This document shows positions 13,287 to 23,375 of a stretch of 34,688 nucleotides of DNA, one piece after another. A program made the translations under genes and the position numbers. The stretch comes from Bigelowiella natans CCMP2755. Taxonomy: Eukaryota > Protista > Cercozoa. The notes below the pieces were generated by a model. It had not been told where the DNA came from, made no database searches, and was given only the letters and a program-made list of their open reading frames with translations. Location of the stretch: assembly GCA_000320545.1 (NCBI GenBank), contig ADNK01000514.1, positions 1 through 34,688 on the forward strand. The letters are read 5' to 3'. The first letter of the stretch is position 1, and every line of letters begins with the position of its first letter.

Positions 13287-14214
13287 AACGGTTTTATTTT
13301 TGAGCTTCTGGTTGTCGGCGGGATCAGAGAAGGGGGATCGTATCGACTGTCAAAGACTGGGGTTCTTCTACACACTACAGGAGCTATATTTAGACATAAA
13401 ATATAAGATATTATACGGTACTTTGTCACTATCAATAGGGCGATCTGGATCGGACGGTACTCTGGTTGAGATGCTAACAGACATTTGCAAGTGAATGATC
13501 TAGGTGTTTCCCCCGTAGGAAAAAACTCTCTCCAGACGTTTCAGACGATTGTTTTAGTTTCTTTCTGTCTTTCTTCTTTCCACTTTCCAACACTCATTTC
13601 CTTCCTTCTTTGTGAGTGCACGTGGTCACTGCTTCCGTGCACCATTGCACTTTGGTGCTGTGCCCACGTGCATTCATTCATTCATTGCATCACATTGCGT
13701 GGCTTCTCATGATCAATGTCCCGCTGTTTCAGACACGAACAAATGAATCGATGAAAGGACAGAAAGAGGCACCTGCTGCCGATCCAGCTCCAGCTGCGCT
13801 GCCTGCAAGTCGTGCAGCGAGAAGGCCGGCAAGGGTATCTTCTGCTGTGCTTGCTGTCCTCAAGAACTGCAAGGACGATGTTTCTCCTTGGGGCGGCCAT
13901 TGGACGCGTTGCACAGCTGGTCTAGTGGTGCTAGCTTGTTGGCTCATTCGACAGCTTCGTTCATGCATCGCGGGGACAAACTAGTGCGTGAAGCCAATGC
14001 CACGCTAGCACGTTCACCATTTCCGGGTTTGCATGAATGTTGAAAAGTGTGGTCGTTTCATCGCATCCGTCTCTGTGTGCCAGCATGCAACGTTTGCAAC
14101 ACCACAAAAAACGTGGCGATTCAATCTGCTCTGCTGCGCATGCTCTTGACTGACCAAACAAACAATCAATGCAATCTTCGACAGGAACAATGACACCAAG
14201 AAGCTCCAGAGCTG

Positions 14215-14630
14215 ACCAAGCTAGCAAGCTCTCCAGCGTGGCTAGCTACGCTAGCTGCCAAGGAGCACATGCTAGCATGCCAACACGCTGCTCGCTTGCG
14301 CGCGTGCGTTGCTAGTTGCTAGCTAGCTCTAGAGCTAGGTCTACATGGGTCGCGGGCGTGGCGCAACAACGATGACAAAAATTGCTGACATTGATCAACA
14401 TGATGAAGCATGCAATCTAGCAATTCTGGAATAATAATTGCTAAACAAACAAACACAACGCTTTGACGCTGTGCTCGCCGCTTTCTAGCTTTGCACAGCT
14501 ACATTCTAGCATTCTAGCATTGCTAGATTGCTAGATTGGGATGCTCATTGAAAAAATTGTATTTGTTTCACCATGTCCGTTTCACAAGTGCCTGTCTAGC
14601 TGTGCTTGCTAGCTTGCCATGCTAGCATGA
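14215..14630. repeat. GCTA/CTAG-rich low-complexity intergenic tract
   Basis: Dense gctagc, ctagctag and gcatgc palindromic words are directly visible. Confidence 0.75.
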
Positions 14631-14680
14631 GTACCATCACAACATTGAGGTATCTGCGCTCCAATGATCCACATAAATGT

Positions 14681-14719
<39 letters not shown>

Positions 14720-15206
14720 ATCTAGATGTGCATACATGTATAAGATTGTATACAGGTGTAAACAAATACATATGCAGGGTGTTCGTGTACGTGTCTTCGA
14801 GCATGTATTCACATGTATCTGCATTATCTTGAGATCGTGCAGTGATATTCAAATTTACAGATTTACAAGCGATCGATGCTCAGCTTGCTTGAGTCGCATC
14901 AGAGGGCTAGTATGATGCTTGCTCAAGACAGGCGTGAAATGATCGGACTTGCTGCTTCAACCATTAGGTCTATACTTCCATCACCCTCTACTATGTAAGG
15001 CGAATAACTTATCAATTATCTATGCGGAGCTTCGAATTTAGTGTACATGTACGTTACGAGAGTTGGAATGAAATTTCCACAGCTGCTCTTGCTTGGATCT
15101 CACCATGGGCCAGCTTGTGACGACTAAAACCTCGATGGATATCGATCCAAGCTCAGATATGCTTACTCCCGTGCGATATATGCTCCTGTTGCCGCCAGAA
15201 TGTGGC

Positions 15207-15278
15207 AGCGCCATTCCTCCAGCTTCTCATGTCCCCCTGCGGGGGTTTATATGCTAAGCCATCATAGGTAGTAACATC
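15207..15278 (-). promoter_or_regulatory. Type II SECIS element in the GPx 3' UTR
   Basis: Minus-strand RNA reads AUGAU-GGCUUAGCAUAU-AAA-CCCCC GCA GGGGG-ACAUGAGAAGCU-GGAG. It has a UGAU/GGAG quartet, a 12-nt helix II (GGCUU/AAGCU, CAU/AUG), apical AAA and a 5-bp mini-stem. Core at 15217-15265, about 195 nt after the GPx stop. Helix I is weak. Confidence 0.85.
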
Positions 15279-15459
15279 CAATTCGCACAGACTCACTATA
15301 ATTGATAGGTCGATTCATCTCTACATGAGAGGATGATAAGGCGTATAACCCAAGACTTCATTAGTTGAATTCCACGACGACAATCATCATCATAGATCCT
15401 TTTCGTTTGGTAAACCAAGACATATATGCATTGATATTATTGAGGTTTTCGAAGGCGCC

Positions 15460-15690
15460 TTAAGCTTTGAGAAGAGTTGCCACATCACCTTCGAGGTCAA
15501 GCGGTGCTTTCATTCCTGATAATTAGGGTAAAGAAATGGTTTGAGGGAAAAATAGTGCAGATGATTCTGGAATTGGGGGGAGATTCTGCTGCAGTGTACC
15601 GTCGTAGCGAGTTAAAGTCTTTCCTTCCTGTGAAAAGGGAGCAGTCAGTCCCCAGGATCAAATCGTACGAGGAGAAAAATGTGAAAATCA

Positions 15691-15729
<39 letters not shown>

Positions 15730-17098
15730 GGGGGGGGATGATATAGAATGTGTATCATGGTATGGATACATACTATTCTGATTATATATATACATATGTT
15801 ACTATTCTGATTATATATATATACATATATAAAACATATAATGTGTTTCGGCGACCTTGTCCACAAGAAACTTAGTAGCGAAGTTCCACATGATGTCACC
15901 TCCATCTCCCTTCAGTAACTTGTATACTGGGGAAGTTTGAGCACCGTTTACATCAATCTGCAACAAAAAACCGACAAGAATAAGGCAGGAGAGCAAATGC
16001 TACGAAGCAATGCTGTGGTTACAATATCATTATCATCATCATCATCATCATCATCACTGTCATCATTATCATCATAGCAGCTAAGCACCTTTTCCATCAT
16101 TGGAAATTGTACTCCGTATCCATTGACGAACTGTCTGATTTCAGACGGCGATCCAGGTTCTTGGGAACCTATCATTTTGATAATAAGAAGCGAGAAAATG
16201 AACGGACGAAATAAGTGAATTCGTTTGGTCAAGATCAGCAAGAACTTTCTGCTTCATCATCATGTCATGTCTGCGCTCCCAAATCACGACATCATAATGT
16301 ACCAAATTGATTAGATGGAAAGGCCAGAATTTCAAGGCCTTGGTCCTATAGAGAATAATCGCAGATCATAATGATGCAGCTATTATTCGTCTTATACTTT
16401 TCCCACCTTGTACTTCTCGTAAAGTGTCACAAGCTGTTTGTAGTTATTATCGGTCATACCTGTTGGTGGAAAAAGGACGTATAATAAGACGAAAATAACA
16501 TGTTGAAAGGGACGCAGGCAGTAGGAGCTAGTCGCACCTCATTTGGATGCCACATTTGTAATGAGAACAGTTTTGCCCTTCAGAGAATCGAACGAAAAAT
16601 CAGCGCCCTCCAGAGTCTTTGTCTTCAGCCCATAAAATTCCATCGGGGAAATATATCTGTAAGAATATATTACAGGTAAATGTTAGTTTCGATCGCTCAT
16701 CAACCACAATGGCCGTACACTACTTCCTACCTTGGTTTAGAACTCATTCCGAGCTTCTCCATGACACCGTCAAAAAATCCTTGTGCACAAACTTTTCTAC
16801 GAGAAGAAGCGTGAGTGGAAAGCATTCCTACTCCAGCAACTGGTGCAAACCTAGAAATAAGGTTCGTCACAACGTTGAAAGGATGAAGTTCTTTCTTATT
16901 TCACCGTGACTGCACGACCGGTGCTGCATGAGCCGCACTGCGCATAGCAAGTGGAGCATTGAGGCTAGCAGCGTTATCGCTTCGACCAAACGCGAATGTA
17001 AGCACACAACATGCGGCAGCTGAAATAGCAAGGACAAAGATAGCGGAAGATCCGCCACGCCGAGACCGACGAGACGTCAACAAAGGTGCCACAGCCAT
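15460..17098 (-). CDS. GPX: Selenocysteine-containing glutathione peroxidase with bipartite plastid-targeting leader (264 aa, 9 exons)
   Basis: Exons 17098-16905, 16850-16731, 16656-16538, 16459-16407, 16345-16303, 16168-16089, 15957-15856, 15627-15600, 15515-15460 total 795 nt, in frame. Motifs: LKGKTVLITNVASK-TGA(16539-16541)-G, LEILAFPSNQFGSQEPG, FPMMEKIDVNG, IMWNFATKFLVDK. A SECIS lies downstream. Confidence 0.95.
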
Positions 17099-18749
17099 TC
17101 TTGTGGAAAGTGGTTCTAATCGCTGATTTTTCAAAGCGACAGAGATTTTGGCCGAAAAATCGGTGAAATTGCACCCATTCTGGAAGAATATGCAGGTCGA
17201 ATCCAAACGATGCGGCCCGTTTGCAACTTCTTCCAAGCACTTGTCTGCATCTGCAGCAACAAAACTAGAAATGGACCTGAATCTGCAGAACAGAGCAACA
17301 GAATGATGGTTGCAGCAATGGGCTCTGATGTTGCCCAAGAACATCCTGACTTTGTTGCCACTCCAAAACCACGAGCACTCTTCAAGTGCCTCAAAATCCA
17401 CAGAACTTCCCCCCCTCCTGTTGCTTGGTTTTCTTCCTTGGAGTGCAACCAAGCGTCAAAAACACTTCACTCACTCGTTCACTCGTTCGTTCATTTGTCA
17501 ACAGTTCAGCTGTTGGAACGTGAACAATGAATCTTGTGGCCCCAGCTAGCCAGTGAGCGGCGTTGCAGGAGCGACCACTTCGATGTCGAGGGCTGCACGC
17601 ACAGTGAACGCTCCAGAGCTGCACGAGGAAAAACGTCAGTCTCAGCGGCGGAAGTGGGCAGCCAATTGAGGTTCAACCTCCATTGGCAAAACAAACTTTT
17701 GACTGACACGAATCCTTGCTGGCCTGCCTCGTTCCCAGCTGGCCGGGTCACGCGTCAACAGACGTCAGGAACGTCGAGGCTGAGGTCCTCGTGTGTGGCC
17801 TGCAAGCGACATCACACACTCACACTCTGGCACTCCACGCACGGGCGATTTGAAAAATGGTGAGAGGACAAGACTGGCAGAGTTCAATTTCACTTTTGAG
17901 TTTCCACGTTGAACTTGTTGTCAGCGTCAATTCAGGTGAACACATGGGTCCGCAATTTTGTCAGTCCACCGGTCTCTGAGTGTGCGCGAGAGCTAGAGAG
18001 AGTGAAAATTGCACAAAAATCGACACGCACAATGCTGGAATGAGAGGACGTGCGGGCGTTGCAACTTGGCGATCGCAATCGTCCCATGTGATCGATGTCA
18101 CCAGTCTGTGTGCCCACCTAGCTAGCTAGCCACGTTGTCACGCCCATGTGTGTCCATCGCTTTCACGTCAGGCAATCGAGTGCGACACGGCAAAAACTGT
18201 CGTCAAAACCACCCCGTCTGGTGTGGAAGCTCGACTCCTCGATTCGTCACACCACACAAGACTTTGTGTCCGTGGAGAAAGTTCTTACGGTGTCAGTGTG
18301 GTGCACAAACGTGAGCACTGTTGCAATGTTCAATTTTGTTCTCCAGTTCTGCATGCGATGCGCACACTCAACACGCAGTCAAGTGTGGCTGAACAGACGA
18401 ACGCGTTCGTTATGCGCACGTTGCACACAAGTTGTCTGCATCCACATGGACTAAACGTGCAGGCACATTGCCACCATTGCCACAGCATGACAGCTACATC
18501 AGGATGACAATTGAAGAAATTTGGTTCATTCATTGCATCTGTCCCACATGCTAGCATGGGTGTACACACAGATGTTACATTTGCAAGGAAGCATGCGATC
18601 GAGCGAGCGAGTATGTTGTGTTTTGTGCTTCATCATCATTATTGATTTGGAACCATGGCCCGTGCATGCACTGTCTACAGATTTTTTGGTTCCATCTGGA
18701 TGATCTGGATCCATGACTTGGACTACGTCCAGCCTTTTGTGACGTTGAA

Positions 18750-18845
18750 GAATGTCGAAGTGCTTTCCCGTCAATCAGCAACATCGATTCACGCAAGTAT
18801 ATGCGGATTTATCCGACATTGCATCAATGTAGCACCCTGTCATTC
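18750..18845 (-). promoter_or_regulatory. Type II SECIS element in the MsrA 3' UTR (UUGA core)
   Basis: Minus-strand RNA: helix I GGGUGCU/AGCACUU (extended by GAAUG/CAUUC), core U-UGAU/UGAU, helix II GCAAUGUCG(G)AU/AUCGAUGUUGC (11 bp), apical AAA, mini-stem CGCA/UGCG. Core at 18774-18827, about 58 nt after the stop. Confidence 0.88.
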
Positions 18846-18884
18846 CAATGTCTCCGAAGGCTAAATCAATTGGGCTGAATCACT

Positions 18885-19376
18885 TTAGGCACGACCAGCC
18901 TTTTCGAAGTACTTCTGATGATACTCTTCAGCGTAGTAGAAATCCCCTAGAGGGGCTATTTCCGTGTAAACTTTTCCATCTCTTTTACCTCTTTTTTCAA
19001 GCTCAGCTACTTTCTTAGCAAGGACTTCTTTTTGTTCCTCGTTCTGATACCATGCTCCTGACATGTACTGCCTGCAGTATGGCTTCGAGCGAAACGAATG
19101 CTCCGAGAAGAAAATGTCTACAATTTTGCTGTAGCTAACCTTAGCTGGATCAAAGGTGATTTGAATAACTTCTGTATGATCTCCGAGCGAATGATAAGTC
19201 GGATTCTTCTTCTTCCCTCCCGCATAACCAACGCGCGTACTCAGAACGCCGGGAACGTTCTTAGGCGCGAAGGTAACTTCTGGCCCCCAAAATCAGCCCA
19301 TACCGAAGGTTGCAGTGTTGGCCGGGGTTTCCATCAGCGGACATTTCGTCGCTTTCTTCTCAAGCTTGGATCCCAT
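18885..19376 (-). CDS. msrA: Selenocysteine-containing peptide methionine-S-sulfoxide reductase A (163 aa from this ATG, no intron in this span)
   Basis: 492-nt frame MGSKLEKK...TATFGMG-TGA(19293-19295)-FWGPE...VLSTRVGYAGG...NPTYHSLGDHTEVIQITFDPAKVSY...RQYMS...VYTEIAPLGDFYYAEEYHQKY...*. TGA sits exactly at the catalytic Cys of GCFWG. Absent from the ORF track. The frame stays open upstream to an acceptor-like ttttgcacag, so a longer N-terminus is possible. Confidence 0.95.
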
Positions 19377-19724
19377 GAGAATGAGATTTGTGGCGAATGG
19401 ATTCTGGTAACCTGTTCCTTTCAGAGGCACAGCACGAGTGGTCTGTGCAAAAAAACCCGCAAGCACGATTTTTCGTTCAAGATTCCGGTTAATTTCGTCA
19501 TTGTGACATATAATTATTGCTGTCGCATGTGATAAACACAGAACTTCCTTTGGCGAAGGTAAAGGAAGCAGAAGGGAGAGTGGTGGTCAACAAGGCGCTT
19601 TTGCCTAAAACTGGCTTGACGTCCGGTGGTCTATTTTTAGAGCATTTGACTGAGAAGTGCGAGTTTCCACTTTCCTGCTGCCGAAAAATTAGACGCGATT
19701 CCATCGCCAGTATACCCAACAACA

Positions 19725-20758
19725 ATGGAGCCGACGTTACGAGTAGCATTGCTGTTGTTCGTGGGCGCAATACGCACCGTGGGAGGATCAAGCTCATGGT
19801 GTGAGAATCTTGATGAGGGATATAAAATGGAATGGGAGGATGATTTTCGAGCAACTACCCTCGATTGGAGCAAGTGGTCCGTGGTATGCTCGAATGAAAC
19901 CCAACAAGGATGCGAGTCACTCCCATTCGGTACGCATGTTCCTTCAAATGGAGCGGAATGCCGATCGGCCCTCTGCGTTCCAGGTTTGTTTTTGGAATAT
20001 TCTAATATCTTTTTCCCTAAAAGAGATTTTATGAATCAGAAAATGTGATATTGGATGGAGAATACCTTACACTACTCTCAAAGCGTGTGTCACCAAACTC
20101 GGAAAGTTGGACAACAGGGGCTGTGAAAACTGTCAACAAAGCTTCATGGAGTACAGACAATGGTACTTTTCGAGTTTGTATTTCTGCCAGCCTACCTGGA
20201 TTCTCTTCTGAGGAAGGAAAAGCACAAGGTAAAATTATATTCAGATATTATCATCATTGGTAATGGCTTACCTCATCATGTTCGTGTTACAATATTTCGT
20301 GCTTCTAAGGTATTTGGCCAGCCCATTGGATGATGCCTGAAGATAAGAGCTGCGATCCCGACGAGGGAGAAATGGATATCATGGAAATGATTAATGGAGA
20401 GGGAATCTCCTACTCTACATACCATTGGCAAGATAACTGGCCAAATGTAACATGTGCTTACCCAAAAGGCCACCAACATATATATGGAAGCAAAAAATTG
20501 AAAAAGAATTGGAGTCAGGAATTTCATGAGTTTGCTGTGGAGAGAGCGGCTACCCACATAGCATTCGCCGTTGATGGTGAGGTTATCATGAACTCGACTG
20601 CCACAGGACAGAATGTGCTTCTGTGGCCAAAACCATTCTACCTTATTTTGAATACAGCTGTGGGAGGACCATGGCCAGGAGAACCTAATGAAGAGACCAT
20701 CTCTCCAGTTGAACACAAGATCGACTATGTGAAGGTTTCACGGAAACAACTTGGCTAG
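19725..20758 (+). CDS. Secreted glycoside hydrolase family 16 (laminarinase/beta-1,3-glucanase-like)
   Basis: Exons 19725-19983, 20040-20228, 20310-20758. Signal peptide MEPTLRVALLLFVGAIRTVGG. Motifs WEDDF...LDWSKW, GIWPAHWMMP, catalytic GEMDIME (ExDxxE), FHEFAVE, PFYLILNTAVGGPWPG, IDYVKV. Confidence 0.92.
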
Positions 20759-21312
20759 TTGCGTGCCGCAACATATGATCGAACCCAATCCAACCAAACT
20801 CTGTGCCCTGCTTACGAACATGGGGACATAGCTGCATACGCAAGACGGAACCTTCCACATTCTTTCATAATAATGCAATGCTGCTTCACTGCATGTGACC
20901 AAGGTATATGAGCCAAAAAATCGGCATTGAATGAAATGTGCTCACACTACTGCAAATGCGACACTTTGAGCCTGCTCGTCACCCATGTGCGCTACGCGCG
21001 GTTTCAGGGCTGTGAGTCTCGCATGTCGTGACAGCACAAGTGCATGTCAAATTCACAAAAGTCTTTCATTTGTGCCATTGATGCTACATGCACAGCTCTC
21101 CACAGCTTCTCACATGTTCATGCACGTGCACATGCACACAGCACAACACGTACAAGCTAACAAATGCTGTGATCTCGATCCGCTTTGCATGCATGGGCAA
21201 CATCAGGATGACCATTGGAAAAACGTGATCATTTCATTGCATCTGTCTTATACAACGCAGCATGAAATCCATGTAGCAGCTGCTAGTTACACGCACGCGC
21301 ATGTCAAGTCAC

Positions 21313-21347
<35 letters not shown>

Positions 21348-21414
21348 CCGCCCTATTTGTGTGGCTCTACATGGCCAGGTGTGTAAGTAATCATATGAAA
21401 GAAAAGTAAACATT

Positions 21415-21464
<50 letters not shown>

Positions 21465-21587
21465 GCAAAAAAGCGTGCTATCGCAAGTTGAGATTTTCGG
21501 GACTGCATCCGTGACGTACATGTTTGTTCAACGCTTTTCCACAAAGTATCGCTGATCAATGCCTTTTGCTTAAAACGGTGTTGTCTT

Positions 21588-22866
21588 TCACATTACCATG
21601 GCACTATCTGTTGCTTTGATAGATCCAGGAGCACAGGCCCCCCTTACGCCTACGTGAAGCAAATGACAAATTTTTTTTGAAAAGGTTCAAGATGTATTAT
21701 CTATGGATGAACACCTAGGCCGACTTGCCGCACACAAGAATCGATGGCGCCGATGGCATTAACAACAGCTGTATCCGCTCCCTCCTTCTGCCAGTATGTC
21801 TTTGCGCTGAAATATTTCGAAAATCAATGGTAGCAACAAGGGTACGAAATGGTATTAGCCACCACCCGAATTTTCCTGATACTCGTCCCCAGTAATTTCT
21901 TGGAACTTGTAGGTCAATCTGAAATTTTCTCAACGTTAATGCATGATATATGCACACACACAAACACCCCCACACACATACATATGAATACATGTAGAGC
22001 GGTAAGTTCTGTGGATGAAACATATTGAACAAGATTACATTCTCGCCAACGTTGAAGTTAAGGAGGTTCCCTAAGAATAAAAAAGGATTACCCATTGTCA
22101 TATTAGTATTGAGGATATATCTTCATGCTACCTGACAGCTCAGGATCGGCAACAAGTACCACCTATATTTACAAATTTATTGTGATAATCCAGGAGAAAC
22201 GAACGGAGGACGTTACCGTGTCAGGATCTACGCCCCAGTAATCTGCAATTGCTAACCCTGGAGTATCAGGGTAGGTTTGGCATAGGACCCTACGAAATCA
22301 AATATTAGTAGAATTTCGGTATTCTTATGCTTTTAGTGCACCTAAGTTTCAGCCCTGTGTCCTTCTCCAACGTCACTATCATATTCTTCACCCTGGAAAA
22401 ATAGAAAATGTGATGCTCAATTTAGCGAAGGGATCTAAAGAGGATACAGTTTCTCCTGGGACTTGCTTAGCATGCCAGTTACGTCAATCAGTGGCGTCAC
22501 TTCACCCTTTTAAAAATAATTGAATTAAGTGATAAGAATATATTCAGAATACTTCAAAATAATCTGCTGACAACGTAAAGACTCCTTTGACACCTTTGGC
22601 AGGAGGTCAGGTCTATTAACGGGATCCCTTCTCTTAGCTGCGAGCGACGGTCGCGCTCCCAGAGATAATGTGCCAAGAGTTCCGGCTCCCATAACTGAGC
22701 GACGACTGCACAATTTTACTTTATGGTATTGTGCAGCTCTCTCGCCTTGAGCCATTACGCGAAGATGACCTCCACGTGTCCTTGCCGAAGAGAACGAGAG
22801 CGTAGATCGCGAATGAACCAGACTTGCCATGCATAAGAGAGCAAGATTGAAAAACATATCCTGCAT
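21588..22866 (-). CDS. Thylakoid lumenal TPM-domain protein (TLP15.0-2-like) with tripartite targeting (signal peptide, transit peptide, Tat signal)
   Basis: Leader [16 protein letters not shown], Arg-rich transit segment, twin-Arg SRRSVMG...PSLA. Spliced mature part: [33 protein letters not shown]|[76 protein letters not shown]. This matches the plant/cyanobacterial 15-kDa lumen protein pattern. Last exon tentative. Confidence 0.85.
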
Positions 22867-23375
22867 AACACATAAACTTGGTGAGTCAACCGTTTTGCTG
22901 CATCGAGTGACATTTTGTATGCAAACAATTACGTGGGATGGGGGAAGGCACGTAATTAGTGGTTCGATAAGTAAAGTATATCCAGAAATGAAACGCCTTC
23001 GAAAGTTTCGTGCGTCATCTTAATTCCAACAGAAAAACGAATAAATCGGCTAGGAGAAGCTTCGGACGGCAGAAAGGGCAAAGGCAATACGAAGACCCTT
23101 CATCGAACATCGAACTTCGTGCTTTTTTGATTCCGAGAAGATAATTTGACTAATTTGAATCGACTTGCTGCGCTTGTAAGATATATCTTTTCATCTGAAT
23201 CTATGAGATATCCCGGAGGATTTTCTTCGCATACTGAATATCTTGTTGTCGTAGAGTAATATTCTCAGAAGAATTCGCAAAAGATGAAACTACGAAGATA
23301 ACAGCTCTGTGAATTGCTCAACCGATAGTTGGGTTATGAAGTTATGCTCCATTTGACCCGCACAACTCAAAATCA

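Noticed and set aside
13485-14227. ORFs of 60-120 aa in the spacer upstream of the PH gene
   Set aside because: Same TpA-depletion artefact; no domain or convincing splice structure.
16539-16541. GPx and MsrA in-frame TGAs read as pseudogene lesions or an alternative genetic code
   Set aside because: Both fall exactly on catalytic Cys positions, frames are intact downstream and SECIS elements are present. TGA is used as a normal stop in other genes here (e.g. 3263-3265, 4215-4217).
17131-18864. Many overlapping ORFs on both strands between GPx and MsrA
   Set aside because: No recognisable motifs. They are explained by loss of TAA/TAG stops in TpA-depleted DNA. A decayed mobile element is possible, but I see no transposase, RT or terminal repeats.
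19240-19292. Possible Sec-redefinition hairpins just 3' of the MsrA UGA
   Set aside because: Only 6-7 bp stems, not distinguishable from chance without covariation data.
19098-19873. Listed ORFs 19098-19532 (+), 19498-19854 (-), 19517-19804 (+) and 19637-19873 (-)
   Set aside because: They are antisense or promoter-spanning shadows of the MsrA and GH16 genes.
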